From contig JAUCBJ010002409.1 in NCBI GenBank assembly GCA_032718475.1, positions 15,613 to 79,612 on the forward strand: 64,000 nt of DNA. The letters are read 5' to 3'. Positions 1 through 14,256 of this stretch are shown in pieces; position 1 is the stretch's first letter; the number at the start of each line of letters is the position of its first letter. The notes under the pieces are model-generated. The model worked only from the letters and a program-made list of their open reading frames with translations. It was not told the origin of the DNA and ran no database searches. A program made the translations under genes and the position numbers. This DNA comes from Nemertoderma westbladi. Lineage: Eukaryota > Animalia > Xenacoelomorpha.

Positions 1-587
1 AAAAGTGAAGTAGAAAAGTAACGTAGAAAAGTAAAGTAGAAAAGTAAAGTGGAAAAGTAAAGTAGAAAAGTAAAGTGGAAAAGTAAAGTAGAAAAGTAAA
101 GTAGAAAAGTAAAGTAGAAAAGTAAAGTGGAAAAGTAAAGTAGAAAAGTAAAGTAGAAAAGTAAAGTAGAAAAGTAAAGTAGAAAAGAAAAGTAGAAAGG
201 TAAAGTAGAAAAGTGAAGTAGAAAAGTAAAGTAGAAAGGTAAAGTAGAAAAGTAAAGGAGAAAAGAAAAGTAGAAAAGTAAAGTGGAAAAGTGAAGTAGA
301 AAAGTAACGTAGAAAAGTAAAGTAGAAAAGTAAAGTGGAAAAGTAAAGTAGAAAAGTAAAGTGGAAAAGTAAAGTAGAAAAGTAAAGTAGAAAAGTATAG
401 TAGAAAAGTAAAGTAGAAAAGTAAAGTAGAAAAGTATAGTAGAAAAGTAAAGTAGAAAGGTAAAGTAGAAAAGTAAAGTAGAAAAGTATAGTAGAAAAGT
501 AAAGTAGAAAGGTAAAGTAGAAAAGTAAAGTAGAAAAGAAAAGTAGAAAAGTAAAGTGGAAAAGTAAAGTAGAAAAGTAAAGTAGAA
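1..587. repeat. 13-bp purine-rich tandem repeat (AAAAGTAAAGTAG)n, intronic, runs off the window start
   Basis: About 45 visible copies with few substitutions; ends about 70 nt before the dynein acceptor at 659-660. Confidence 0.95.
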
Positions 588-660
588 ATTACTAACCAAT
601 TAAATAAAGATTTCATCCAAATAAAAATACTCATATACGAGTTTTCCTTTCCTTGTGTAG

Positions 661-851
661 GTGGTAGTTTCTGCGAACCAGTTCGTTACGGGGAACCTCG
701 GTAAATTCTTTGTTGAGAACCCTCCGGTAGACTTGGCCGTTCTCTACAACGATATCTCCCCCACCGTTCCTCTCGTATTCATTCTCAGTACCGGAAGTGA
801 CCCGATGGCAGCATTCCAACGATTCGCAAAGGAACGAGGATGTTTGGACAA
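661..851 (+). CDS. DNAH6: Axonemal dynein heavy chain exon (AAA6 region); the gene begins upstream of the window
   Basis: tgtag| ... |gttagt; encodes [13 protein letters not shown]...[12 protein letters not shown], typical of dynein AAA6; ends in phase 2. Confidence 0.9.
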
Positions 852-1042
852 GTTAGTTGTGTTTTTTTTAATATAAGAAAGATGGCAAACGCTATGAAAT
901 TGGGAAATAACGCGAATAGGTCAAATATTAAAAAAATAAGCCGGCGTGACACTACGGCTACTGTTGCGCTAATATATTATCCTGGTTTTACAGTTGAATT
1001 ATATTCCATTCTGTTTAAGATGCCTTTTTGCTTGTATTCTAG

Positions 1043-1187
1043 AATTCAAGCGATTTCCCTCGGTCAAGGCCAGGGTCCGGTAGCCGAGAGAATGATATCG
1101 AGTGCCGTAAAGTCGGGTCACTGGATATTCTTACAGAACTGCCATCTGGCCGCATCTTGGATGTTATCTTTAGAGAATATAGTGAAG
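1043..1187 (+). CDS. DNAH6: Dynein heavy chain exon
   Basis: ttctag| ... |gtagta; [14 protein letters not shown]...[16 protein letters not shown]; phase matches both neighbours. Confidence 0.92.
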
Positions 1188-1318
1188 GTAGTACCGCATC
1201 TAATATGTTTATTTATTAAATATACATATTTTTATTTGCTATACTTTTATTTTAATGTATTTCAGAAAGGCAAATAATTTTAGTTTATTTTATTTTTCAT
1301 TATAACATTCGCCCACAG

Positions 1319-1508
1319 AACCTCGTCGAGGATCCAACATCGACACACGAAGAGTTCCGATTATTCTTGAGTTCTATGCCGACTAAGGCGTTCCCGGTAT
1401 CGGTGCTGCAGAACGCTGTCAAAGTAACTAACGAACCTCCTAAGGGACTTCGAGCCAACATAAGGGGCGCCTTCTTCGGCTTAACTCAGCAATTCTTTGA
1501 AGAAAACA
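1319..1508 (+). CDS. DNAH6: Dynein heavy chain exon
   Basis: cacag| ... |gtaagt; [39 protein letters not shown]. Confidence 0.92.
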
Positions 1509-1596
1509 GTAAGTTGTAGTTTATAAATAAATAAATGTTAAGGAGAAACATTGAAGTCCCACCTCGGTGTAAAAAGTTGCATTGAATTCACATATC

Positions 1597-1815
1597 TCAG
1601 GAGGTCGTGAGTTCGATCCCTGGGTAGTTTTCGTTTCGGCACGAATGCTTTAAGGGGACTAGCCAGGTCGTATTTCTGCTTTTCATTCTTAAATGGTAGC
1701 TAAATGAGTAGCAGTTTCCTCTGGGGAGTATAGTTCTGGGGGGACCGCCTTGGAAATTAGTTGTCAGACGTGCGTAATCCATAAACGTTAAGTCGAAACT
1801 TTCAGTTTAAAAATA
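1597..1815 (+). mobile_element. Possible tRNA-derived SINE remnant
   Basis: B-box-like GAGTTCGATCCC at about 1608-1620, GC-richer body and A-rich tail within an AT-rich intron. Confidence 0.3.
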
Positions 1816-2330
1816 AATCAAAATAGTTAAGGAGAAACCTCCAGTTTAAATATATAAAAAGTTAATAAAAGTTATGGAGAAGGGCCCTATCCAGTTTTGT
1901 TCACGCTGGGGAGATAATTATGTCAAAGCCAATCAAAGGTTAACTACACAACGATTAAATATTTAGTAAATGATGACAATCAATATTCATTAGTAGTTAT
2001 CGTTAGGAAATACTTGACTGCGATTGGATAACATTAGTAGCTATTATGTAAAATCAGCCCGTAATTATTAATAAAATGAATGATATTACACCGGTAATTT
2101 ACAAAGAGTGATCTACAAAAGCGTATCATGCATGATACATGAAATATGTTTCATGATGAAATGTTTTAGGTGCGGGGTGGATTGAATGTAATATAATCTT
2201 ATTATTTCATTAGTTCTATCACGCCATATGGTATTCGATTCCATTGTATTTTATGTAAATATAATGTGTTGAGAGTTTTCTTTCGGTTGATTTTGAAATC
2301 TGAATTTATTATTATTTTAATTGTCTCTAG

Positions 2331-2431
2331 TTTTGGGTATTCAATGGAGGAAGATGGTATTTGGCGTCTGCACATTCCACGCAATCATTCAAGAAAGAAA
2401 GAAGTTTGGACCTCTAGGTTGGAATATTAAG
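2331..2431 (+). CDS. DNAH6: Dynein heavy chain exon
   Basis: ctctag| ... |gtgagt; [29 protein letters not shown]. Confidence 0.92.
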
Positions 2432-2604
2432 GTGAGTGCCTAATTAACAAGTCTTCCACTAGGGGGCGCATAGTATGCCTGTAAGACCTGAAGCCCCTTA
2501 AGGGTAGGAACTAAAAACGCTCCCCCAATCAAGACATTAAAATTAAATAAGCATGGAATATTCATAAATATTCGTATTCACTGCGGAACACTGCTACTAA
2601 TAAG

Positions 2605-3090
2605 AGATGCTATGCCGGCTTAACAAAACTATTTTTGCCACCACCATGCAATCCACAATTGGCATGATCCAATTTTAAGAATGCTATGCGGGCTTATCAA
2701 CAACATTAGTCTGGTTGGAGATGTGTGCAACGTGCATTGTACTTGACACAGTGAACCCGACTTAGAATTCTTGTGAATGTGCCATCCAGAGATTTGGTGT
2801 CTTCCGAAGTTAGAGCCCAGCATGTACACTCATTAGGAGGAGTACTGGAACTACTGCTGCTCTAAATAATCTAAATAAACCTTTCAGCTTTCGATTAATT
2901 CTTTGTGAATTTCGAGATCAGTAATGTACTTGGCTGGATTTCCTCCCCGGCAGAGGTTCTCGGGGTAAAGTTTCTCTAATCTCATATGCCCAAACGGGAC
3001 TACCGCTGTTTGGACATAGAGATAACCGAGTGTTTTTGCAAAGAGCTAAGTTGCAATAGTGTGGAAGCCGCATCAAGTATTTTACGACTG
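2605..3090 (-). mobile_element. Decayed RTE-type LINE fragment
   Basis: 2740-2925 is clearly similar to 31015-31190; the region near 2925-2945 matches the 54.6-55.4 kb copy. Confidence 0.75.
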
Positions 3091-3437
3091 AGGTGATTGT
3101 GTCCGTCTACTTTGTTAGATTGACTAAGACGTTATCGTTGACTAATTTCAAGATTGTTGGTAAATTACGAGGGCCACTTTGTCTTCTAACGGATCCAAAG
3201 TCCCCCTCACCCGGTTTCTCATTTTCCTCTTCCCAGAGGTTATTCCTTCACAGTAGCTTACATCCCAACACACTTATTGATAATGATACTATTATTAATT
3301 GTAGCTTACATCAATACACTAACTGTTGGTAATGATACCCGTTAAGGCATATTAAAAATAAGTTTTATGTAACTGAAATATGTTGATGTTATTGTTGGAT
3401 AACAATATTAATTATCACTTTTATTTTATATACGCAG

Positions 3438-3542
3438 TATGAATTCTCCGAAAGCGATCGTGAATGCGCCATGGATAACCTGAATATTTATGTTTCTGAA
3501 GGCAGCATTCCTTGGACTGCGTTAGAGTTTATTACAGCTGAG
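3438..3542 (+). CDS. DNAH6: Dynein heavy chain exon
   Basis: cgcag| ... |gtgagt; YEFSESDRECAMDNL...IPWTALEFITAE. Confidence 0.92.
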
Positions 3543-3781
3543 GTGAGTGTGAGCATCACGTGATCTCTATATTTATGTTATTACCATAACGACTGTTATT
3601 ACAAAATATAAACAGGTAAAACCTCTAGTGTTACATCCCACAAACTAACAAAAAACATAGAATCAGGACGTTAACGCCCAAAATATTGTTCAGCCACTGG
3701 GAGTCGAGGTTTTACTTGTTTATTTTATATAATATATACAATATGCCCCCCTGTTAGTCAGTATGTCGCATGCAACCTTTA

Positions 3782-3976
3782 TTTATGTTATAACCATAAC
3801 TACTTTTATGTTATTCCCATAGCGACTTTATGTTATTCCCATAACGACTTTATGTTATTCCCATACCGACTTTATGTTATTTCCATACCGACTTTATGTT
3901 ATTCCCATAACGACTTTATGTTATTCCCATAACGACTTTATGTTATTCCCATAGCGACTTTATGTTATTCCCATAG
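3782..3976 (+). repeat. 22-bp minisatellite (CGACTTTATGTTATTCCCATA[G/A/C]) whose last unit forms the 3' splice site
   Basis: About 9 copies; the final unit supplies the AG at 3975-3976. Confidence 0.92.
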
Positions 3977-4213
3977 ATAACGTACGGCGGCCGTGTTACC
4001 GACGCTTGGGACCAACGGTGTTTGCGAACAGTTCTCAAGAGGTTTTTCGGTCGCAGGATTATGGAGCCGGACTATAAATACTCGGAATCCGGTACTTATT
4101 ACTGTCCGGAGGCGGATACTCTTACAGAATTCCGGTCCTACATAGACCAACTACCAATACTCGATCAGCCTGAAATATTTGGGATGCACGAGAATGCTAA
4201 CATTACCTTCCAG
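3977..4213 (+). CDS. DNAH6: Dynein heavy chain exon
   Basis: cccatag| ... |gttgat; [20 protein letters not shown]...[15 protein letters not shown]. Confidence 0.93.
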
Positions 4214-4884
4214 GTTGATAATAATTATTATTGTTAACAAGAGTGGACGATTTTCTATGAATTTTAAATCTCTTCTTTCATAGGGTATTTAAAAAAGGCA
4301 GTCATTTATCTATCTACTAAAAATAACTAAATATTATGATATTAATATGACAATAATTAATAATATTAATAATTTTTTTTTTAATATACGCCCCCACTCG
4401 GGGCAATTCGGGTACTTTATTTATATAGTCCAGCTATTAAAAGGTATTTATACTGGATACAGAACAATAAAATAAAACAATATAGAAATAAAACTTTGTA
4501 GAAAACTGTTAATAGACAGTTTTAAAAGGACTGGTTAGCATTACAGTTAGTGAAGTGATGGTGTTTTGAGAGACCTATTCTTAATATTCTATAATAATAA
4601 TATCACCAAATTTTAACAGGAAAATCACTAAAATATTTAGTGTCCACTATAATTATATTAATTATCACTAAAATCTATTGATTGTCATTAAAAGGGAAAG
4701 GAGCAGGTTACAGCGACACGTTGTTCTAACCATAACATTCAACTAAATTCAATAGAACACCTTACAGTTATAGTTTTAGTGATAAAAAAAATAGTAAATA
4801 TTTGTACGTTATATATGTACTGAATATTAGACAACACTTTTAATTATCCTTAAAGCAATTTTTTAACTTTTTTTTTGAGTTTAG

Positions 4885-5055
4885 ATGCAAGAAACGTCTG
4901 CGTTGATTGGAGTTATACTCGGTGTTCAACCCCGTTCGGAGGCGGGGGGAACGGGTAAATCGAACGATGAAATTGTCTACGAACTGGCCGAGAACATCCT
5001 CGATAAACTCATGGATAAACTCGATATGGAAGACGCCAAGAGAGATATGTTTGAG
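4885..5055 (+). CDS. DNAH6: Dynein heavy chain exon
   Basis: tttag| ... |gtgaat; MQETSALIGVILGVQPR...GKSNDEIVYELAENIL. Confidence 0.9.
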
Positions 5056-5246
5056 GTGAATAAATTGTTTGTTTTGTTTTTCCATAACAACATTTAGGAA
5101 TTTGTGTGATTTCCATTAAGGAGGATATATAAGTTTTACTACATTGTACGGAAACTGAAATAATAATTAATAAATAATTAATAATTAATAGATTTTTGCC
5201 GAAAATTGGTGCAATAAATTATTATAAAGGCCATTATTTTTTTTAG

Positions 5247-5333
5247 TTGGACAAGAAAGGAAGGATGAACTCCCTAACAACGGTTCTCCTGCAGGAGGTC
5301 GATCGATTCAATAAACTGCTGGGCGTTATTAAG
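5247..5333 (+). CDS. DNAH6: Dynein heavy chain exon
   Basis: ttttag| ... |gtaagt; [29 protein letters not shown]. Confidence 0.92.
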
Positions 5334-5401
5334 GTAAGTAAAGTATCTGTGTTCATTAATGGATATTAATTATCATTTTATACGGGTATACCACCGTGTC
5401 G

Positions 5402-8400
5402 ACCACACGATCATCGGATGGTTTTACTTTCATTTCCGTTAGTGCCAAGCACACGATCGGAGGGTTTTACTTTCATTTCCGTTAGTGCCAACCACACGAT
5501 CGGAGGGTTTTACTTTCATTTCCTTTAGTGCCAACCACACGATCGGAGGGTTTTACTTTCATTTCCGTTAGTGCCAACCACACGATCGGAGGGTTTTACT
5601 TTCATTTCCGTTAGTGCCAACCACACGATCGGGGGGTTTTACTTTCATTTCCTTTAGTGCCAACCACACGATCGGAGGGTTTTACTTTCATTTCCGTTAG
5701 TGCCAACCACACGATCGGGGGGTTTTACTTTCATTTCCGTTAGTGTCAACCACACGATCGGGGGGTTTTACTTTCATTTCCTTTAGTACCAACCACACGA
5801 TCGGAGGGTTTTACTTTCATTTCCTTTAGTGCCAACCACACGATCGGAGGGTTTTACTTTCATTTCCTTTAGTACCAACCACACGATCGGAGGGTTTTAC
5901 TTTCATTTCCGTTAGTGCCAACCACACGATCGGAGGGTTTTACTTTCATTTCCTTTAGTGCCAACCACACGATCGGAGGGTTTTACTTTCATTTCCGTTA
6001 GTGCCAACCACACGATCGGAGGGTTTTACTTTCATTTCCGTTAGTGCCAACCACACGATCGGAGGGTTTTACTTTCATTTCCGTTAGTGCCAACCACACG
6101 ATCGGGGGGTTTTACTTTCATTTCCTTTAGTGCCAACCACACGATCGGAGGGTTTTACTTTCATTTCCGTTAGTGCCAACCACACGATCGGGGGGTTTTA
6201 CTTTCATTTCCGTTAGTGCCAACCACACGATCGGGGGGTTTTACTTTCATTTCCTTTAGTACCAACCACACGATCGGAGGGTTTTACTTTCATTTCCTTT
6301 AGTGCCAACCACACGATCGGGGGGTTTTACTTTCATTTCCGTTAGTGCCAATCACACGATCGGAGGGTTTTACTTTCATTTCCTTTAGTGCCAACCACAC
6401 GATCGGAGGGTTTTACTTTCATTTCCTTTAGTGCCAACCACACGATCGGAGGGTTTTACTTTCATTTCCGTTAGTGCCAATCACACGATCGGAGGGTTTT
6501 ACTTTCATTTCCTTTAGTGCCAACCACACGATCGGAGGGTTTTACTTTCATTTCCGTTAGTGCCAATCACACGATCGGAGGGTTTTACTTTCATTTCCTT
6601 TAGTGCCAACCACACGATCGGAGGGTTTTACTTTCATTTCCTTTAGTGCCAACCACACGATCGGAGGGTTTTACTTTCATTTCCTTTAGTGCCAACCACA
6701 CGATCGGAGGGTTTTACTTTCATTTCCTTTAGTGCCAACCACACGATCGGAGGGTTTTACTTTCATTTCCGTTAGTGCCAATCACACGATCGGAGGGTTT
6801 TACTTTCATTTCCTTTAGTGCCAACCACACGATCGGAGGGTTTTACTTTCATTTCCTTTAGTGCCAACCACACGATCGGAGGGTTTTACTTTCATTTCCT
6901 TTAGTGCCAACCACACGATCGGAGGGTTTTACTTTCATTTCATTTAGTGCCAACCACACGATCGGAGGGTTTTACTTTCATTTCATTTAGTGCCAACCAC
7001 ACGATCGGAGGGTTTTACTTTCATTTCCTTTAGTGCCAACCACACGATCGGAGGGTTTTACTTTCATTTCCTTTAGTGCCAACCACACGATCGGAGGGTT
7101 TTACTTTCATTTCCTTTAGTGCCAACCACACGATCGGAGGGTTTTACTTTCATTTCATTTAGTGCCAACCACACGATCGGAGGGTTTTACTTTCATTTCC
7201 TTTAGTGCCAACCACACGATCGGAGGGTTTTACTTTCATTTCCTTTAGTGCCAATCAGACGATCGGAGGGTTTTACTTTCATTTCCTTTAGTGCCAACCA
7301 CACGATCGGAGGGTTTTACTTTCATTTCCTTTAGTGCCAACCACACGATCGGAGGGTTTTACTTTCATTTCCGTTAGTGCCAATCACACGATCGGAGGGT
7401 TTTACTTTCATTTCCTTTAGTGCCAACCACACGATCGGAGGGTTTTACTTTCATTTCCGTTAGTGCCAATCACACGATCGGAGGGTTTTACTTTCATTTC
7501 CTTTAGTGCCAACCACACGATCGGAGGGTTTTACTTTCATTTCCTTTAGTGCCAACCACACGATCGGAGGGTTTTACTTTCATTTCCGTTAGTACCAACC
7601 ACACGATCGGAGGGTTTTACTTTCATTTCCTTTAGTGCCAACCACACGATCGGAGGGTTTTACTTTCATTTCCGTTAGTACCAACCACACGATCGGAGGG
7701 TTTTACTTTCATTTCCTTTAGTACCAACCACACGATCGGAGGGTTTTACTTTCATTTCCTTTAGTGCCAACCACACGATCGGAGGGTTTTACTTTCATTT
7801 CCTTTAGTGCCAACCACACGATCGGAGGGTTTTACTTTCATTTCCTTTAGTGCCAACCACACGATCGGAGGGTTTTACTTTCATTTCATTTAGTGCCAAC
7901 CACACGATCGGAGGGTTTTACTTTCATTTCCTTTAGTGCCAACCACACGATCGGAGGGTTTTACTTTCATTTCATTTAGTGCCAACCACACGATCGGAGG
8001 GTTTTACTTTCATTTCCTTTAGTGCCAACCACACGATCGGAGGGTTTTACTTTCATTTCCTTTAGTACCAATCACACGATCGGAGGGTTTTACTTTCATT
8101 TCCTTTAGTGCCAATCACACGATCGGAGGGTTTTACTTTCATTTCCTTTAGTGCCAACCACACGATCGGAGGGTTTTACTTTCATTTCCTTTAGTGCCAA
8201 CCACACGATCGGAGGGTTTTACTTTCATTTCCTTTAGTGCCAACCACACGATCGGAGGGTTTTACTTTCATTTCCTTTAGTGCCAACCACACGATCGGAG
8301 GGTTTTACTTTCATTTCCTTTAGTGCCAACCACACGATCGGAGGGTTTTACTTTCATTTCCTTTAGTGCCAACCACACGATCGGAGGGTTTTACTTTCAT

Positions 8401-11400
8401 TTCATTTAGTACCAACCACACGATCGGAGGGTTTTACTTTCATTTCCTTTAGTGCCAACCACACGATCGGAGGGTTTTACTTTCATTTCCTTTAGTGCCA
8501 ACCACACGATCGGAGGGTTTTACTTTCATTTCCTTTAGTGCCAACCACACGATCGGAGGGTTTTACTTTCATTTCCTTTAGTGCCAAGCACACGATCGGA
8601 GGGTTTTACTTTCATTTCCTTTAGTACCAACCACACGATCGGAGGGTTTTACTTTCATTTCCTTTAGTACCAACCACACGATCGGAGGGTTTTACTTTCA
8701 TTTCCTTTAGTACCAACCACACGATCGGAGGGTTTTAGTTTCATTTCCTTTAGTACCAACCACACGATCGGAGGGTTTTACTTTCATTTCCGTTAGTGCC
8801 AATCACACGATCGGAGGGTTTTACTTTCATTTCCTTTAGTGCCAACCACACGATCGGAGGGTTTTACTTTCATTTCCTTTAGTGCCAACCACACGATCGG
8901 AGGGTTTTACTTTCATTTCATTTAGTGCCAACCACACGATCGGAGGGTTTTACTTTCATTTCCTTTAGTGCCAACCACACGATCGGAGGGTTTTACTTTC
9001 ATTTCCGTTAGTGCCAATCACACGATCGGAGGGTTTTACTTTCATTTCCTTTAGTGCCAACCACACGATCGGAGGGTTTTACTTTCATTTCCTTTAGTAC
9101 CAACCACACGATCGGAGGGTTTTACTTTCATTTCCTTTAGTACCAACCACACGATCGGAGGGTTTTACTTTCATTTCCTTTAGTGCCAACCACACGATCG
9201 GAGGGTTTTACTTTCATTTCCTTTAGTACCAATCACACGATCGGAGGGTTTTACTTTCATTTCCTTTAGTGCCAACCACACGATCGGAGGGTTTTACTTT
9301 CATTTCCTTTAGTGCCAACCACACGATCGGAGGGTTTTACTTTCATTTCCTTTAGTGCCAACCACACGATCGGAGGGTTTTACTTTCATTTCCTTTAGTA
9401 CCAACCACACGATCGGAGGGTTTTACTTTCATTTCCTTTAGTGCCAACCACACGATCGGAGGGTTTTACTTTCATTTCCTTTAGTACCAACCACACGATC
9501 GGAGGGTTTTACTTTCATTTCCTTTAGTACCAACCACACGATCGGAGGGTTTTACTTTCATTTCCTTTAGTACCAACCACACGATCGGAGGGTTTTACTT
9601 TCATTTCCTTTAGTGCCAACCACACGATCGGAGGGTTTTACTTTCATTTCCTTTAGTACCAACCACACGATCGGAGGGTTTTACTTTCATTTCCTTTAGT
9701 ACCAACCACACGATCGGAGGGTTTTACTTTCATTTCCTTTAGTGCCAACCACACGATCGGAGGGTTTTACTTTCATTTCCTTTAGTACCAACCACACGAT
9801 CGGAGGGTTTTACTTTCATATCCTTTAGTGCCAACCACACGATCGGAGGGTTTTACTTTCATTTCCTTTAGTACCAACCACACGATCGGAGGGTTTTACT
9901 TTCATTTCCTTTAGTACCAACCACACGATCGGAGGGTTTTACTTTCATTTCCTTTAGTGCCAACCACACGATCGGAGGGTTTTACTTTCATTTCATTTAG
10001 TACCAACCACACGATCGGAGGGTTTTACTTTCATTTCCTTTAGTGCCAACCACACGATCGGAGGGTTTTACTTTCATTTCCTTTAGTACCAATCACACGA
10101 TCGGAGGGTTTTACTTTCATTTCATTTAGTACCAACCACACGATCGGAGGGTTTTACTTTCATTTCCTTTAGTGCCAACCACACGATCGGAGGGTTTTAC
10201 TTTCATTTCCTTTAGTACCAATCACACGATCGGAGGGTTTTACTTTCATTTCATTTAGTACCAACCACACGATCGGAGGGTTTTACTTTCATTTCCTTTA
10301 GTGCCAACCACACGATCGGAGGGTTTTACTTTCATTTCCTTTAGTACCAATCACACGATCGGAGGGTTTTACTTTCATTTCCTTTAGTGCCAATCACACG
10401 ATCGGAGGGTTTTACTTTCATTTCATTTAGTACCAACCACACGATCGGAGGGTTTTACTTTCATTTCCTTTAGTGCCAACCACACGATCGGAGGGTTTTA
10501 CTTTCATTTCCTTTAGTACCAATCACACGATCGGAGGGTTTTACTTTCATTTCCTTTAGTGCCAACCACACGATCGGAGGGTTTTACTTTCATTTCCTTT
10601 AGTGCCAACCACACGATCGGAGGGTTTTACTTTCATATCCTTTAGTGCCAACCACACGATCGGAGGGTTTTACTTTCATTTCCTTTAGTGCCAACCACAC
10701 GATCGGAGGGTTTTACTTTCATTTCCTTTAGTACCAACCACACGATCGGAGGGTTTTACTTTCATTTCCTTTAGTGCCAACCACACGATCGGAGGGTTTT
10801 ACTTTCATTTCCTTTAGTACCAACCACACGATCGGAGGGTTTTACTTTCATATCCTTTAGTGCCAACCACACGATCGGAGGGTTTTACTTTCATTTCCTT
10901 TAGTACCAACCACACGATCGGAGGGTTTTACTTTCATTTCCTTTAGTACCAACCACACGATCGGAGGGTTTTACTTTCATTTCCTTTAGTGCCAACCACA
11001 CGATCGGAGGGTTTTACTTTCATTTCATTTAGTACCAACCACACGATCGGAGGGTTTTACTTTCATTTCCTTTAGTGCCAACCACACGATCGGAGGGTTT
11101 TACTTTCATTTCCTTTAGTACCAATCACACGATCGGAGGGTTTTACTTTCATTTCATTTAGTACCAACCACACGATCGGAGGGTTTTACTTTCATTTCCT
11201 TTAGTGCCAACCACACGATCGGAGGGTTTTACTTTCATTTCCTTTAGTACCAATCACACGATCGGAGGGTTTTACTTTCATTTCCTTTAGTGCCAATCAC
11301 ACGATCGGAGGGTTTTACTTTCATTTCCTTTAGTGCCAACCACACGATCGGAGGGTTTTACTTTCATTTCCTTTAGTGCCAACCACACGATCGGAGGGTT

Positions 11401-14256
11401 TTACTTTCATTTCATTTAGTACCAACCACACGATCGGAGGGTTTTACTTTCATTTCCTTTAGTGCCAACCACACGATCGGAGGGTTTTACTTTCATTTCC
11501 TTTAGTACCAATCACACGATCGGAGGGTTTTACTTTCATTTCCTTTAGTGCCAACCACACGATCGGAGGGTTTTACTTTCATTTCATTTAGTACCAACCA
11601 CACGATCGGAGGGTTTTACTTTCATTTCCTTTAGTGCCAACCACACGATCGGAGGGTTTTACTTTCATATCCTTTAGTGCCAACCACACGATCGGAGGGT
11701 TTTACTTTCATTTCCTTTAGTGCCAACCACACGATCGGAGGGTTTTACTTTCATTTCCTTTAGTACCAACCACACGATCGGAGGGTTTTACTTTCATTTC
11801 CTTTAGTGCCAACCACACGATCGGAGGGTTTTACTTTCATTTCCTTTAGTACCAACCACACGATCGGAGGGTTTTACTTTCATATCCTTTAGTGCCAACC
11901 ACACGATCGGAGGGTTTTACTTTCATTTCCTTTAGTACCAACCACACGATCGGAGGGTTTTACTTTCATTTCCTTTAGTACCAACCACACGATCGGAGGG
12001 TTTTACTTTCATTTCCTTTAGTGCCAACCACACGATCGGAGGGTTTTACTTTCATATCCTTTAGTGCCAACCACACGATCGGAGGGTTTTACTTTCATTT
12101 CCTTTAGTACCAACCACACGATCGGAGGGTTTTACTTTCATTTCCTTTAGTGCCAACCACACGATCGGAGGGTTTTACTTTCATTTCCTTTAGTGCCAAC
12201 CACACGATCGGAGGGTTTTACTTTCATTTCCTTTAGTGCCAACCACACGATCGGAGGGTTTTACTTTCATTTCCTTTAGTACCAACCACACGATCGGAGG
12301 GTTTTACTTTCATTTCCTTTAGTGCCAACCACACGATCGGAGGGTTTTACTTTCATTTCCTTTAGTGCCAACCACACGATCGGAGGGTTTTACTTTCATT
12401 TCCTTTAGTACCAACCACACGATCGGAGGGTTTTACTTTCATTTCCTTTAGTACCAACCACACGATCGGAGGGTTTTACTTTCATTTCCGTTAGTACCAA
12501 CCACACGATCGGAGGGTTTTACTTTCATTTCCTTTAGTGCCAACCACACGATCGGAGGGTTTTACTTTCATTTCCTTTAGTGCCAACCACACGATCGGGG
12601 GGTTTTACTTTCATTTCCTTTAGTGCCAACCACACGATCGGAGGGTTTTACTTTCATTTCCGTTAGTGCCAACCACACGATCGGGGGGTTTTACTTTCAT
12701 TTCCTTTAGTGCCAACCACACGATCGGAGGGTTTTACTTTCATTTCCTTTAGTGCCAACCACACGATCGGAGGGTTTTACTTTCATTTCCTTTAGTACCA
12801 ACCACACGATCGGAGGGTTTTACTTTCATTTCCTTTAGTGCCAACCACACGATCGGAGGGTTTTACTTTCATTTCCTTTAGTGCCAACCACACGATCGGA
12901 GGGTTTTACTTTCATTTCCGTTAGTGCCAACCACACGATCGGAGGGTTTTACTTTCATTTCCTTTAGTGCCAACCACACGATCGGAGGGTTTTACTTTCA
13001 TTTCCTTTAGTACCAATCACACGATCGGAGGGTTTTACTTTCATTTCCGTTAGTGCCAATCACACGATCGGAGGGTTTTACTTTCATTTCCTTTAGTGCC
13101 AACCACACGATCGGAGGGTTTTACTTTCATTTCCGTTAGTGCCAACCACACGATCGGAGGGTTTTACTTTCATTTCCTTTAGTGCCAACCACACGATCGG
13201 AGGGTTTTACTTTCATTTCCTTTAGTGCCAACCACACGATCGGAGGGTTTTACTTTCATATCCTTTAGTGCCAACCACACGATCGGAGGGTTTTACTTTC
13301 ATTTCCTTTAGTACCAACCACACGATCGGAGGGTTTTACTTTCATTTCATTTAGTACCAACCACACGATCGGAGGGTTTTACTTTCATTTCCTTTAGTGC
13401 CAACCACACGATCGGAGGGTTTTACTTTCATTTCCTTTAGTGCCAACCACACGATCGGAGGGTTTTACTTTCATTTCCTTTAGTGCCAACCACACGATCG
13501 GGGGGTTTTACTTTCATTTCCGTTAGTGCCAATCACACGATCGGAGGGTTTTACTTTCATTTCCTTTAGTGCCAACCACACGATCGGGGGGTTTTACTTT
13601 CATTTCCGTTAGTGCCAACCACACGATCGGAGGGTTTTACTTACATTTCCTTTAGTGCCAACCACACGATCGGAGGGTTTTACTTTCATTTCCTTTAGTA
13701 CCAACCACACGATCGGAGGGTTTTACTTTCATTTCCTTTAGTACCAACCACACGATCGGAGGGTTTTACTTTCATTTCCTTTAGTACCAACCACACGATC
13801 GGAGGGTTTTACTTTCATTTCCGTTAGTGCCAACCACACGATCGGAGGGTTTTACTTTCATTTCCTTTAGTGCCAACCACACGATCGGAGGGTTTTACTT
13901 TCATTTCCTTTAGTACCAACCACACGATCGGAGGGTTTTACTTTCATTTCCTTTAGTGCCAACCACACGATCGGAGGGTTTTACTTTCATTTCCGTTAGT
14001 GCCAATCACACGATCGGAGGGTTTTACTTTCATTTCCTTTAGTGCCAACCACACGATCGGAGGGTTTTACTTTCATTTCCGTTAGTGCCAATCACACGAT
14101 CGGAGGGTTTTACTTTCATTTCCTTTAGTGCCAACCACACGATCGGAGGGTTTTACTTTCATTTCCGTTAGTGCCAATCACACGATCGGAGGGTTTTACT
14201 TTCATTTCCTTTAGTGCCAACCACACGATCGGAGGGTTTTACTTTCATTTCCGTTA
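5402..14256 (+). repeat. 43-bp intronic satellite (CCACACGATCGGAGGGTTTTACTTTCATTTCCTTTAGTGCCAA)n, about 206 copies
   Basis: Head-to-tail near-identical units that fill almost all of intron 5334-14264. Confidence 0.98.

Noticed and set aside
1-587. 13-bp repeat as a telomere
   Set aside because: Not a known telomeric motif; it lies in a dynein intron, and the gene must continue upstream
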